From positions 3,841 through 67,840 of the IMG/VR virus record IMGVR_UViG_3300025703_000002: 64,000 nt of DNA; one strand, 5' to 3'. The notes beneath the pieces are model-generated. The model made no database searches, was not told the DNA's origin, and saw only the letters and a program-made list of their open reading frames with translations. Of the stretch, positions 46,733 to 55,996 are shown one piece after another; the stretch's first letter is position 1, and each line of letters opens with the position of its first letter. The stretch is from a virus. The translations under genes and the position numbers were made by a program.

Positions 46733-47218
46733 ATGGCCGGAACAATTCGCTACGTGTTTTACGGTAAGGCTAAGTGGCTCAAGTATGACAAGCCCGATCC
46801 GAAGTATAACAAGTACGGTCTAGACCTTTACCTTGACGACCAGAGTCTCCGACTCTTTAAGAAATCAGGTCTTCAACTCCAACTTCGAGACTCCGAAGAC
46901 GGAATTTATGTGAAGTTCTCGCGGGCAGCCCAGAAGATCATCAAGCAGGGGCTCGTTGAGCAGGGGTCTCCGGAGGTTGTGTTTACTGGTGGAGAGAAGC
47001 CTGGGACGTTGATCGGCAACGGTTCAGAAGTCGCCGTGACCGTCTCTGTCTACGACACCGTGAAAGGCAAGGGACATACCTGGGAGTCTGTAGAGGTTCT
47101 GAACCTTGTCCCGTATGAAGGTGGAACGATTGACGCCCACGAAGAGATTCCTGACGAGCCTGTGAAGGACGCTAAGGGTTCTTCTAAGGCGGCGCTGTCC
47201 GATACTCTACCATTTTAA
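46733..47218 (+). CDS. Single-stranded DNA-binding protein (T7 gp2.5-like)
   Basis: GKAKW..PD..Y, LIGNGS.V.V, acidic tail ending LPF. Confidence 0.8.
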   Translation: MAGTIRYVFYGKAKWLKYDKPDPKYNKYGLDLYLDDQSLRLFKKSGLQLQLRDSEDGIYVKFSRAAQKIIKQGLVEQGSPEVVFTGGEKPGTLIGNGSEVAVTVSVYDTVKGKGHTWESVEVLNLVPYEGGTIDAHEEIPDEPVKDAKGSSKAALSDTLPF

Positions 47219-47739
47219 TGGCACGACACGAACAGAGTGTCGGTCGATCCGACGAATGGTTCACTCCAGAGTATGTGTTTGACGCCTTGGAGAGTTGGTT
47301 CGATCTTGATGTAGCGAGCCCAGGGAAGGCAATAACGCCGTGGATTCCTGCTGCTCGGTGTTTAACTAAAGAGGATAATGGACTAACAGCCGAATGGGGG
47401 GATAACTTCGTTTGGATGAATCCTCCGTTTGGGGAAAGAAACGGGTTAATCCCGTGGCTCGAAAAGTTCTTTAACCATCAAAACGGGATTGCTCTTGTTC
47501 CAGACCGAACATCGACACCGTGGTGGCAAGAGTATGTTTCTAAGGCTGATCTAGTCCTCTTCGTTTCTCCGAAAATAAAGTTCATTGATGTCTTTGGAAG
47601 AATCGGGAGATCTCCGGCACAGGGGACATGCCTGTTATCCTTAGGACGGACAGGTAGTAATGCCCTTCAGCGGGCGTATCAAAAGGGTCTCGGAGTTCTC
47701 TTTTCTCCAGAGAAGGTTTGGGGATATTATGATAATTGA
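47218..47739 (+). CDS. DNA N6-adenine methyltransferase (phage Dam-type)
   Basis: DEW.TP, FDLDVAS, DNGL..W, WMNPPF, LVP.RT...W. Confidence 0.88.
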   Translation: MARHEQSVGRSDEWFTPEYVFDALESWFDLDVASPGKAITPWIPAARCLTKEDNGLTAEWGDNFVWMNPPFGERNGLIPWLEKFFNHQNGIALVPDRTSTPWWQEYVSKADLVLFVSPKIKFIDVFGRIGRSPAQGTCLLSLGRTGSNALQRAYQKGLGVLFSPEKVWGYYDN

Positions 47740-48574
47740 CACCCTTGTCCAAGACATCTATAACCTCTTCAAGGAGCCCCAGGATGTTTCAGATGCTGGC
47801 GCGGCCGATCTCGGTTCTAGGCTTGCTAGTTGTGTCTCTGCTAGACTGTCTGAGCATCGTGGCTCTGATCGTCTTCGGCTTAGTAACTTTGGAGTTCCTT
47901 GTGACAGGCAACTTTGGCTGAAGATTAATGAGCCTTCCTGCGTTGAGCCCCTGAAGCCAGAGACTCTGATAATGTTTCTCATCGGAGACGTCATCGAACT
48001 GATAACGCTCTTCCTTGCGAAACAGGCAGGACATACAGTCGAGGGTCAACAAGACGAGCTTGATCTAGAAGGGATTCTCGGACATCGAGACGCCGTGATT
48101 GACGGGAGACTCACTGACGTTAAGTCAGCCTCCCCGTTCTCGTTTGAGAAGTTTGAAAAGCACGGACTTCTAGGTAATGATCCGTTTGGGTACACGGCCC
48201 AGTTAGGGGGGTATCTTGCAGCGTCTCAGGACGATCCGCTGGTTCAGGACAAGACCGAAGGGTCTTTCCTCGTGGTTAACAAGGTTACAGGTGAGCTCTG
48301 TCTAGACACGTATACATACCATCCGGATTTCTCACCTAACCGAGAGTTGGCTAGAGACGCCCAGGAGATGCTCAAAGGTCCTATGCCTGAGAGAGCATTC
48401 TCTGACAAAGACTTCGGGAAGAGTGGTAACAGATGTCTCGGGACTGAGTGCAAATATTGCTCAGTAAAGTTTAGGTGTTTCTCCGGTCTCCGGGAGTTCG
48501 AGTACTCGAATGGTTCCGTTTATTTAACGAAAGTTGTGGATCTCCCTAAGGTTCCTGAAGTAGTCCAAGAATGA
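47729..48574 (+). CDS. PD-(D/E)XK exonuclease (Cas4-like)
   Basis: RLSN.G.PC.RQLW, GH.D..IDG..DVKSAS, Y..QL..Y, C.YC....C. Confidence 0.85.
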   Translation: MIIDTLVQDIYNLFKEPQDVSDAGAADLGSRLASCVSARLSEHRGSDRLRLSNFGVPCDRQLWLKINEPSCVEPLKPETLIMFLIGDVIELITLFLAKQAGHTVEGQQDELDLEGILGHRDAVIDGRLTDVKSASPFSFEKFEKHGLLGNDPFGYTAQLGGYLAASQDDPLVQDKTEGSFLVVNKVTGELCLDTYTYHPDFSPNRELARDAQEMLKGPMPERAFSDKDFGKSGNRCLGTECKYCSVKFRCFSGLREFEYSNGSVYLTKVVDLPKVPEVVQE

Positions 48575-48915
48575 CACCACAAGAGAAACGGCGTGATTCT
48601 TATCTTAAGAGAATGTATGGAATCACGCTAAAGGACTTCAACCGGATCTTAAAGGATCAGAAAGGTTGCTGCCCGGTATGCCTCAGGAAGTTCAGAGACC
48701 TCCCAGGGACCCCCCATGTCGATCATAATCACCTGACGGGGGAGATTCGCGGCCTACTCTGCGCATATGACAACCATAGAGTCGTTGGTAGACACAGAGA
48801 TCCTGAACTCCTCCGGCGTGTGGCAGATTATGTAGAAGGTCCTCATACGGGGTTCTTTGCCCCTAAGAAGAAGAGAAATGGGAAAACGAAGCGACTTCCA
48901 AAGAAAACCTCGTGA
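48571..48915 (+). CDS. Endonuclease VII-like protein
   Basis: YGIT..F...Q.G.C.VC, HVDHNH.TG.IRGLLC. Confidence 0.85.
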   Translation: MTPQEKRRDSYLKRMYGITLKDFNRILKDQKGCCPVCLRKFRDLPGTPHVDHNHLTGEIRGLLCAYDNHRVVGRHRDPELLRRVADYVEGPHTGFFAPKKKRNGKTKRLPKKTS

Positions 48916-49423
48916 TTTCTATCCGACTCCATTTGAAGCAGTTCTTCCACTCCGGCCACACCTACCAAGACATTCTTTATTTATTGAACCTTGTGCGGGT
49001 GACGGACGACTCGTAGATCACCTGCAAATACTAGATCAGATCTGCTGTGACGCCTATGATATTGAACCTCAGTCAGAAGCTGTTAGAAAGGCAGATGTCT
49101 TAGTAGAGTCTGTACGTCGTCGGATGACGTATATAACTAATCCTCCGTGGGATCGAAAGATTCTCCACCCCTTGATCGAGCGTCTTTTGGACGGAGGGGC
49201 TCACTCTTGGCTTCTGTTCGATGCCGATTGGATGCACACGAAGCAGGCGTCTAGGTACATGCCATGGTGCTCTAAGATCGTCTCAGTCGGCAGGGTTAAA
49301 TGGATACCTGATTCTAAGATGACAGGAAAAGACAACTGCTGTTGGTACGAGTTTTCACCCCAACTGTACGAATCAGAAAAATTTGATAAGGGGCCGTCTA
49401 CTGTCTTTTATCCAAGAGCATAA
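48878..49423 (+). CDS. DNA methyltransferase (N6A/N4C type)
   Basis: DFYPTP, EPCAGDG, ITNPPW. Confidence 0.85.
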   Translation: MGKRSDFQRKPRDFYPTPFEAVLPLRPHLPRHSLFIEPCAGDGRLVDHLQILDQICCDAYDIEPQSEAVRKADVLVESVRRRMTYITNPPWDRKILHPLIERLLDGGAHSWLLFDADWMHTKQASRYMPWCSKIVSVGRVKWIPDSKMTGKDNCCWYEFSPQLYESEKFDKGPSTVFYPRA

Positions 49424-49588
49424 TTAAGAAAGAAAACTGATGCTATTCCTATTCCTATTTTTCCTGAATTTAGGCTGCTCTATTTTGAATGTTGTGGCGC
49501 CCGGTGCAGATGCCCTTAATTATTGGGCTTCTGGGTTCGGTGCGATGTCTGCGATAAATCTTCTGGTTAATTACCTCGGTAATCTTGA

Positions 49589-50353
49589 ATGAGCCAGACT
49601 CATCTAGTGATTCCTGATATTCACGCCCACCCCTCGTATAGTAACGAGAGGGCTGACTGGCTATCTAAACTGATTATAGATGTATCCCCCGATGTTGTAA
49701 TCCAGATTGGGGACGCCGCCGATATGGAATCGTTATGCTCCTACGACAAGGGCAAGAGGGCCTTCCATGGCAGGAGCTACAAGAAGGACATCGATGCCCA
49801 CCTAGAGTTTCAGGAGAGGTTGTGGGGACCTGTTCGAAGACGGAAGAAGAAACTCCCGAGGACGGTCTTTCTAGAAGGGAACCACGAACATCGTATCGAG
49901 AAGGCGTTGGATCTCTCTCCTGAACTCCAGGGGACAATCGGGCTAAAGGACCTTGATCTCGACAGGTACTACGACGAAGTTATCAGATACAAGGGCCAAA
50001 CACCGGGACAGGTCTGTATCGACGGAGTCACGTATGCACACTACTTCGTTTCAGGTATTATGGGTCGAGCCCTTTCAGGGAAGCACCCGGCATACAGCCT
50101 AGTATCTGTCGGCGGAACTTCATGCACCGCAGGACACTCCCACTTAGCGGATTTTCATATCCATTCCGGTGTGAACGGAAAGAAGACTATGGGATTGGTC
50201 TGTGGCGTCTATCAGGATTATGACTCCGAGTGGGCAGGTGTCGTGAATAACCTGTGGTGGCGTGGAGTCGTCATCAAGAGGAATGTCGAAAACGGGGTGT
50301 ACGACGTTCAATTCGTAAGTCTTGATTCATTGAATCGTGAATATGGAAATTAA
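49589..50353 (+). CDS. Metallophosphoesterase
   Basis: IPD.H, IGD.AD, GNHE.R, GHSH. Confidence 0.88.
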   Translation: MSQTHLVIPDIHAHPSYSNERADWLSKLIIDVSPDVVIQIGDAADMESLCSYDKGKRAFHGRSYKKDIDAHLEFQERLWGPVRRRKKKLPRTVFLEGNHEHRIEKALDLSPELQGTIGLKDLDLDRYYDEVIRYKGQTPGQVCIDGVTYAHYFVSGIMGRALSGKHPAYSLVSVGGTSCTAGHSHLADFHIHSGVNGKKTMGLVCGVYQDYDSEWAGVVNNLWWRGVVIKRNVENGVYDVQFVSLDSLNREYGN

Positions 50354-50810
50354 AAAATGTTCCCATTGCAAGATTTTTCACCCTATCGATGAATTTAAAT
50401 TTCGACCTAAACGTACTCACCGATTTACTCAATGCTACTCTTGTCAGAAGAAACTTAATGCAGAGAGATACCGTAAATTCAAACAGAGTGACCCCTTCCA
50501 TCATCGGTGTGTTTACATAGCATCTGCGGCAAGAAGAGAAAAACTTCCATTTGATTTAACCCGAGAGTATTTAAAAAGTATTTGGACAGGAGAATGTGCC
50601 ATCTCGGGGGTATCAATAGCTTTACATGGATGTCGAAACACAGATAATCACTCAGAATTAGATCGAATTATCCCTGGACTTGGGTATGTAAAGGGAAATG
50701 TTGTGTGGTTAAGTCGTCGTTTCAATAGAATAAAGGGCGGAGCTTCTCTCGAAGAACTCGAACAGGTTGTTTCTTTCTTAAAAGAGAGATTGAAAAAGGA
50801 ATATGCTTAA
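50337..50810 (+). CDS. HNH-like endonuclease (possible homing endonuclease)
   Basis: KKCS.C..C..C Zn finger; LDRI.P..GYVKGNV..S...N..K. Confidence 0.75.
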   Translation: MNMEIKKCSHCKIFHPIDEFKFRPKRTHRFTQCYSCQKKLNAERYRKFKQSDPFHHRCVYIASAARREKLPFDLTREYLKSIWTGECAISGVSIALHGCRNTDNHSELDRIIPGLGYVKGNVVWLSRRFNRIKGGASLEELEQVVSFLKERLKKEYA

Positions 50811-51063
50811 AGTGGAAGAAGAACAAGAAAATACCGTTGAAAAAGAGCCAGACTTTCTTATCGAGATGCACGTCCAAAATCTAACAGAAGCCTTAGAGGA
50901 TTACTTCGTCAAGCACGATTTCTTCTTTCAGGGGGATCATTTTGAAAGGATCTTCCTACCGTTTGACATGACTATGGTCTCTCCCGAGATGACGTTTCTC
51001 GTCACCGGTAATGTAATCCCCTCAGAGGATCGCCCGAAGATTGATCCAAAGAAATTGAATTGA
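50803..51063 (+). CDS. Hypothetical protein
   Basis: Coupled ORF. Confidence 0.5.
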   Translation: MLKVEEEQENTVEKEPDFLIEMHVQNLTEALEDYFVKHDFFFQGDHFERIFLPFDMTMVSPEMTFLVTGNVIPSEDRPKIDPKKLN

Positions 51064-51272
51064 CCAGGCAAATGATGATGTATTCCGACAGAGACCGAGT
51101 TACTAAGATCGAGGAGTTTCTAGAAGACGTTTCTTTTGAAGACTTTTTGTTTGACAACGATCTGACGATCGCCGAAGCTGTCTTCTTACTGTGGCAGCGT
51201 GGACACGTAGAATTCCCAGATTGGAGTTCCCTAAATGAAGCAGGAGGGCCAGAAGAGGAATCCAATTGCTAA
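51060..51272 (+). CDS. Small acidic hypothetical protein
   Basis: Coupled ORF. Confidence 0.5.
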   Translation: MTRQMMMYSDRDRVTKIEEFLEDVSFEDFLFDNDLTIAEAVFLLWQRGHVEFPDWSSLNEAGGPEEESNC

Positions 51273-51429
51273 GGCTTTAAGGGACCCAAAGTTTAGACCT
51301 AAAGTGATTCCTAACAAAAGGAAAGTTCCTTATGTACGTAAAGATCGCGATCTTAGCGACTGCTCTGATTGTAACGATGAGTCTAATTTCCTGTGCCGTC
51401 CTTCCTACCTCAAACCAACTCGGATTTAA
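51235..51429 (+). CDS. Small basic hypothetical protein
   Basis: KRNPIAKAL..PKFRP.VIP.K motif. Confidence 0.55.
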   Translation: MKQEGQKRNPIAKALRDPKFRPKVIPNKRKVPYVRKDRDLSDCSDCNDESNFLCRPSYLKPTRI

Positions 51430-51447
51430 TTAATCTAAGGAGATACT

Positions 51448-51912
51448 ATGAACGCTCTAAATAAGACTATCGTTGCTCTTTCCATGATTGTGACTCCGGC
51501 TTTTGCAGCCGACAAGGTTACTCTTAATCTCAGCCCTAACGAAATCCTTCAGATCCAAAACGGTTTGACGGCTCTCGACGGATATCATAAGGTCATCAAG
51601 AACAATCTAGGACAAGACACAGACGTCCTGGTTCCTTACGATCTTGCTCCTAGTGCCCGTCTCACGATTGCCCACGATGAAGTAGTAATCCAGGAATCAT
51701 TTTCAGAACTGAGGAAGGCGGCCCAGGGACTGTCTCCAGAGGAAGCTGCGAAGCTCGCGAATACCCCACAACCGATTGACCTTGTCACGATCCAGGTCTC
51801 AGACCTAAAGATTGATACGAATCCTTTGGCCCCGACGACACTCGCCATCCTTGCCCCTGTGTGCCCGTCATGTGCTGGAGTGACTGAATCCGCTCCGGTG
51901 AAAGGAAAGTAA
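51448..51912 (+). CDS. Secreted hypothetical protein
   Basis: Signal peptide ending AFA-AD; RBS AAGGAG. Confidence 0.65.
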   Translation: MNALNKTIVALSMIVTPAFAADKVTLNLSPNEILQIQNGLTALDGYHKVIKNNLGQDTDVLVPYDLAPSARLTIAHDEVVIQESFSELRKAAQGLSPEEAAKLANTPQPIDLVTIQVSDLKIDTNPLAPTTLAILAPVCPSCAGVTESAPVKGK

Positions 51913-52361
51913 TGTTTAAGATTCTTAAGATCTGCACAGTTCTAGCCTTCGTAACTCCTGCATTGGCTAGTGGACGCTCAGTCCCGAGGCTTACGATCTC
52001 ATTTGATCGAGGGGGGAGTGTCTTTGAGTACATCCAGAAGTACAACGGATATCGTGAAGGAGGGGTTTATATTCGGGTGACTGATATCTGTCTCTCTGCG
52101 TGTACGCCGATAACAGGGCTAGTCCAGAACGATCACGTCTGTGTCTCAGACCAGGCTTTGTTTGGGTTTCACTCGGCCTTTACGGATTCTGGTCTAGGAG
52201 ACGAGACGTTCTCGAAGGTCGGCACAGATCTCGCCTGGCATATCTTTCCTAAGAAAATCCAGGACCTAATCCGCCTCCAAGGATGGGATGGAGTGTCTGA
52301 GCATCCTGATCTTGTCTACTTCAAGGGTACGGATATCTACGATCGGTGTCCTGAGAACTGA
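51912..52361 (+). CDS. Secreted ClpP/crotonase-like protein
   Basis: Signal peptide; D.GG.V, C.SACT, FGFH motifs. Confidence 0.6.
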   Translation: MFKILKICTVLAFVTPALASGRSVPRLTISFDRGGSVFEYIQKYNGYREGGVYIRVTDICLSACTPITGLVQNDHVCVSDQALFGFHSAFTDSGLGDETFSKVGTDLAWHIFPKKIQDLIRLQGWDGVSEHPDLVYFKGTDIYDRCPEN

Positions 52362-52371
52362 GGGGATTTTA

Positions 52372-52809
52372 ATGGAAATTGACGTCGAAACGTTAAACCG
52401 TCTGGGATTTACGACGTATCATACTGGGTCGCGGGAGATTTGTAATCCCCCTTCACTCGACACTGATGACGATTATCTAGTCTTTGCAAGTGGAGATTAT
52501 TTTGCAATTCTTCCGAGGCTTCTAGAACTCTCTGGATGGGACCGAGGTGGAATAGAGTATAATAGAATCCCGGAGTTCTGGTCGTGGCGGAAAGGCCCTG
52601 TAAACCTTATCGTGACGGGAAACTCTGGGTTCTACGATAAATTCGTTCTAGCCACCCGTGTCGCCAAGGAAATGAACCTTCTCATGAAGGTCGATCGGAT
52701 TCATCTGTTCGAGGCCATTCTTTACCAGACAGGTCCGTTGTATTCTCCTGATGTAGACTATAGGACCTACGTGAAAGAACCTGATTTCGGATTTGGAATT
52801 GCCCTATGA
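52372..52809 (+). CDS. Nucleotidyltransferase-like protein
   Basis: TGSR.IC.PP..DTD.D (GS..DxD) motif. Confidence 0.7.
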   Translation: MEIDVETLNRLGFTTYHTGSREICNPPSLDTDDDYLVFASGDYFAILPRLLELSGWDRGGIEYNRIPEFWSWRKGPVNLIVTGNSGFYDKFVLATRVAKEMNLLMKVDRIHLFEAILYQTGPLYSPDVDYRTYVKEPDFGFGIAL

Positions 52810-52896
52810 AATGTCCTGAATGTGGAAGTAGTAATATACGGAACGCTACCTGTATGGATTGTGGGTTCTGGGTTGGATGGGGAAAGATACTTCAGT

Positions 52897-53358
52897 ATGC
52901 AATCAATCTATGTAATAGGGTCTCTTCGTAATCCAGAGATCCCCAAGATCGGAAATCTCCTTCGTTCGATTGGGCTCGACGTATTCGACGACTGGTACTC
53001 AGCGGGCGAGAGGGCAGACGATCACTGGAAGGAATATGAACAATCAAGGGGAAGAACCTTTAAGGAAGCCCTAGATGGTTACGCATGTTGTCACGTTTTT
53101 GCTTTTGACGAGTTTCATCTCAACAGGGTTGATGCTGCTCTCCTGGTTCTTCCCGCAGGTAAATCAGGGCATCTTGAACTTGGCTACGCCATTGGTCGTG
53201 GCAAACGTGGCTTTATTTACACTGAGCCAAATAGTGATCCTAATGGGAATGTAAATCCCGATTCCCTCCGTTGGGATTGTATGTATAGATTCGCTGAACA
53301 GGTCTTCTTTTCGAAGGAAGAAACACTGGAGTTCTTTAAGAATGATTCGAGAGTTTGA
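52897..53358 (+). CDS. Nucleoside 2-deoxyribosyltransferase-like protein
   Basis: IY..GS.RN, FD..HL...D, P.GKS.HLELGYA.G.GK. Confidence 0.75.
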   Translation: MQSIYVIGSLRNPEIPKIGNLLRSIGLDVFDDWYSAGERADDHWKEYEQSRGRTFKEALDGYACCHVFAFDEFHLNRVDAALLVLPAGKSGHLELGYAIGRGKRGFIYTEPNSDPNGNVNPDSLRWDCMYRFAEQVFFSKEETLEFFKNDSRV

Positions 53359-53674
53359 CACAGGGGCCACCAGAGACGGTGAGGTCGGAAAGATCGACTA
53401 CGAAGGCCATTTGTCCCCGCTCGTCCTGAAGGCTTACGGGGAGTATATGAACAGATGCCGAACGATGAAGGACGGGTCTCTTCGTGATTCTGACAACTGG
53501 CAGAAAGGAATGCCTCTCTCCGTTTACATGAAGTCGTTGTTTAGGCATTTCCTGGATCTTTGGCACCAGCATAGGTCTGTCCTCCCGAACAAACAGAAAC
53601 AGATTGAAGACTGTTGCGGTATTCTGTTTAACACTCAAGGGTATCTGTTTGAGCTCCTAAGGGATTCAGCATGA
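53342..53674 (+). CDS. dATP/dGTP diphosphohydrolase (DUF5664-like)
   Basis: F.TGA.RD...K.DY..SP, NWQKG.P..Y..SL.RH. Confidence 0.75.
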   Translation: MIREFDTGATRDGEVGKIDYEGHLSPLVLKAYGEYMNRCRTMKDGSLRDSDNWQKGMPLSVYMKSLFRHFLDLWHQHRSVLPNKQKQIEDCCGILFNTQGYLFELLRDSA

Positions 53675-53877
53675 GTACCGGACATTTAATATTCCTCTAC
53701 ATAGTTTTTTGTATTACGTGGTTTTCTCTGTGGGAGTTTTTATTTTGGCACAATCTCAAAAAGGAGAATTTTAGGACTAACTGGCTGTGTTCTAACGATA
53801 CACTCTGTATCGGATTCGCACCAATCGTTCTAGGAGTTCTTGTAGTTTTTTGGTTTGTACTGGGATTAATACCGTGA
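53671..53877 (+). CDS. Small membrane protein
   Basis: Two hydrophobic segments. Confidence 0.5.
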   Translation: MSTGHLIFLYIVFCITWFSLWEFLFWHNLKKENFRTNWLCSNDTLCIGFAPIVLGVLVVFWFVLGLIP

Positions 53878-54053
53878 TCTTTCTAATCGGTGACTACGTT
53901 GTCGTAACCGCCAAAGACTATAAGTACAAAGGTTGGCTTGTTGCGAAGTTCCAGAAACGATCTGGAGTCGATCGGGTCGTTGTCGAGGACTCAGAGGGTC
54001 GGTTGTTTATCCACAACAAAGATCAGTTATCGTATCCTAATAAGGCTTCTTAG
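53874..54053 (+). CDS. Small SH3-fold protein
   Basis: F.IGDYV....Y.Y.G..V..F......VVE....LFIH...L. Confidence 0.5.
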   Translation: MIFLIGDYVVVTAKDYKYKGWLVAKFQKRSGVDRVVVEDSEGRLFIHNKDQLSYPNKAS

Positions 54054-54062
54054 GAGGTTTAA

Positions 54063-54455
54063 ATGACTCGTAATGTATACTGGATCTCAACTGAAGCGGA
54101 CATCCGAGATCTTAAGGGATTAGTCCTTACGGGTGTCCGACAGGAAGAAGGTGAAGACGGGGATAGAATTGTTTTTGAAACTCCGGATTCAAAGTTCGGT
54201 ATGTCGCACTGGCAGGATTGCTGTGAAAATGTCGATATCGAAGACATCATAGGAGACTTAAACGATTTGGTTGGGAATCCTATCTTAGAAGCTGAAGAAG
54301 TCTCATCGGGGGATGATCCCCCAAGGGGAAATCCTGACAGTTATACTTGGACATTCTATAAGATCGGAACAATTCATGGGTCCGTAACAATTCGTTGGTA
54401 CGGAGAGTCTAATGGGTGGTACTCGGAGCGTGTTTCTTTTTACAAGTATAAATAA
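54063..54455 (+). CDS. Conserved phage hypothetical protein
   Basis: H.QDCCE.V.IEDI.GDL, SYTWTFY, IRW.GESNG.YSE. Confidence 0.75.
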   Translation: MTRNVYWISTEADIRDLKGLVLTGVRQEEGEDGDRIVFETPDSKFGMSHWQDCCENVDIEDIIGDLNDLVGNPILEAEEVSSGDDPPRGNPDSYTWTFYKIGTIHGSVTIRWYGESNGWYSERVSFYKYK

Positions 54456-54468
54456 TCAGAGGGTTTAA

Positions 54469-54834
54469 ATGAAAATCCATTGGCTTTCAGAACCAGAAGA
54501 TCACGATCTCCCTGCTGCCGAGGACTACCTTTCTTTGGTCCTCTACCCAGAGGATGTTGCTACGGTAGTCTCCGAGTTCGAGGACTTTACCGCTGAGCCC
54601 CGTGAGTTCAAAGCACGAGACATCCTGAGGGCCTCTGGGTTGCCTTTCTTAGGTCGGGGGGATCGACACGTCACCAAAGACTTTGATAAGATCTCTCGTG
54701 GGATTGAGTTATCGCCCCTGCTTCTCGTCCTCGCCCACGATCGGTTGCATATCGCTGACGGGTATCATCGGTTGTGTGCCGTTTACTCTGTCGACGAAGA
54801 CGCAGAGATTCCTTGTAAGATCGTTTATTTGTGA
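54469..54834 (+). CDS. ParB-N-like protein
   Basis: LSP.LLV..IADGYHR. Confidence 0.65.
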   Translation: MKIHWLSEPEDHDLPAAEDYLSLVLYPEDVATVVSEFEDFTAEPREFKARDILRASGLPFLGRGDRHVTKDFDKISRGIELSPLLLVLAHDRLHIADGYHRLCAVYSVDEDAEIPCKIVYL

Positions 54835-54840
54835 GTCTAG

Positions 54841-55062
54841 ATGATTAAAGACGTCTTTATGCTTATCGAGGAGTCTCCGGGTCTGGAAGAACTCCTAGAG
54901 ATCTTTGTGAATCGTGAACTCGCTGTCTCCTGGGCAAAGGCATTGACCAAACAATACCCGGACAAGAACTTCTCGTTACGTCAACGCGGGGTTCAGATGC
55001 TTCTTCCACCGATCTGCGTTGAAGACAAAGAAAAAGGCTCCGAGGAAAATCCTGGAGCCTGA
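54841..55062 (+). CDS. Hypothetical protein
   Basis: Last plus-strand ORF. Confidence 0.45.
   Translation: MIKDVFMLIEESPGLEELLEIFVNRELAVSWAKALTKQYPDKNFSLRQRGVQMLLPPICVEDKEKGSEENPGA
55028..55060 (-). terminator. Terminator at the convergence of the two transcription units
   Basis: AGGCTCC..GGAGCCT hairpin followed by a U-tract on the minus strand. Confidence 0.6.
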
Positions 55063-55086
55063 TTCAGTTAATCCTATGAGTGACTA

Positions 55087-55314
55087 TTAAATCTTTGGGT
55101 CTTTAGGTCTACGCCAGCTCCCGAGGAATTCTCGGACATCCTTCCGGTCCTTCCAGAGACGAGTCACGTACCAGAAGATCAGAACAGACGTTAAAATTAT
55201 CGACAGCGCCGTCGAAAGGATACTCGCGAACGACCCTATGACGGTCCCTGCTGATACGACAGCCACTATATGGTCTCCTATTTGGTCTCCAAGATGGACG
55301 GGGCTGTCGCTCAT
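55087..55314 (-). CDS. Small membrane protein (holin-like)
   Basis: Hydrophobic helices and basic C-terminus in lysis region. Confidence 0.5.
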   Translation of the reverse strand: MSDSPVHLGDQIGDHIVAVVSAGTVIGSFASILSTALSIILTSVLIFWYVTRLWKDRKDVREFLGSWRRPKDPKI

Positions 55315-55326
55315 CTCCGCCTCCGG

Positions 55327-55722
55327 TTACTTCGACGGTGTGGAGGAAGCCGCAGCCGCAGCCGCGGAAGCAGCAGAAGCCTGAGCCTGTTTGACTGCGA
55401 CGTATCCCTGGACGACTGCCTGGGCATCGGTTTTTCCGGAGTTACTCGCGGCAGCAAAGGCGTTTAAGGCGGTTACAGCGACATTAGCAGCCGTTATTGC
55501 TAGGGCAACGTCAGGATTACTCGCGACACCGACGGCTTCGACAATGGCGACTGCACCTTGGAGGTTTGAGACAATTGCCGGGGTCTCCGAAGCGACCCAC
55601 TTCAAGGCCTTGTCGATATCCGAGGCAACGAGTTCCTCACCTTTCTTGACGGCAACGACGAGGGCGATAACTTCGGTTTCAGTTTCCGAGAAGAAGTTCT
55701 CAATAGCAGACAAAAAGCTCAT
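55327..55722 (-). CDS. Ala-rich lysis-region protein
   Basis: Likely start MSFLSAIE. Confidence 0.55.
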   Translation of the reverse strand: MSFLSAIENFFSETETEVIALVVAVKKGEELVASDIDKALKWVASETPAIVSNLQGAVAIVEAVGVASNPDVALAITAANVAVTALNAFAAASNSGKTDAQAVVQGYVAVKQAQASAASAAAAAASSTPSK

Positions 55723-55732
55723 TTTAGTTCCT

Positions 55733-55996
55733 TTACTGGATTGACGCAAGAAGATTTTCTAGCGTTGATAGATTTCCGGGGTTAGTTACAAGGACGTTCG
55801 CGACATTTAGAATTCGTGAAGCAGCCTCAATCGTCGCTTTAAGATCTGCTGAAGGCATCTTTTTAATATCTAGAGTTCCAGTTTTTGACTTCTGATACAT
55901 CCCGTAGAGTCTTTTTGCGTCGTCAAAGAGTTGCCCAGAGTTCTCAGTTTTAGATGCGGCGATAGCAAGATCAAGTGCTGCGAAGACATCAATCAT
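55733..55996 (-). CDS. Hypothetical protein
   Basis: Coupled ORF. Confidence 0.5.
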   Translation of the reverse strand: MIDVFAALDLAIAASKTENSGQLFDDAKRLYGMYQKSKTGTLDIKKMPSADLKATIEAASRILNVANVLVTNPGNLSTLENLLASIQ

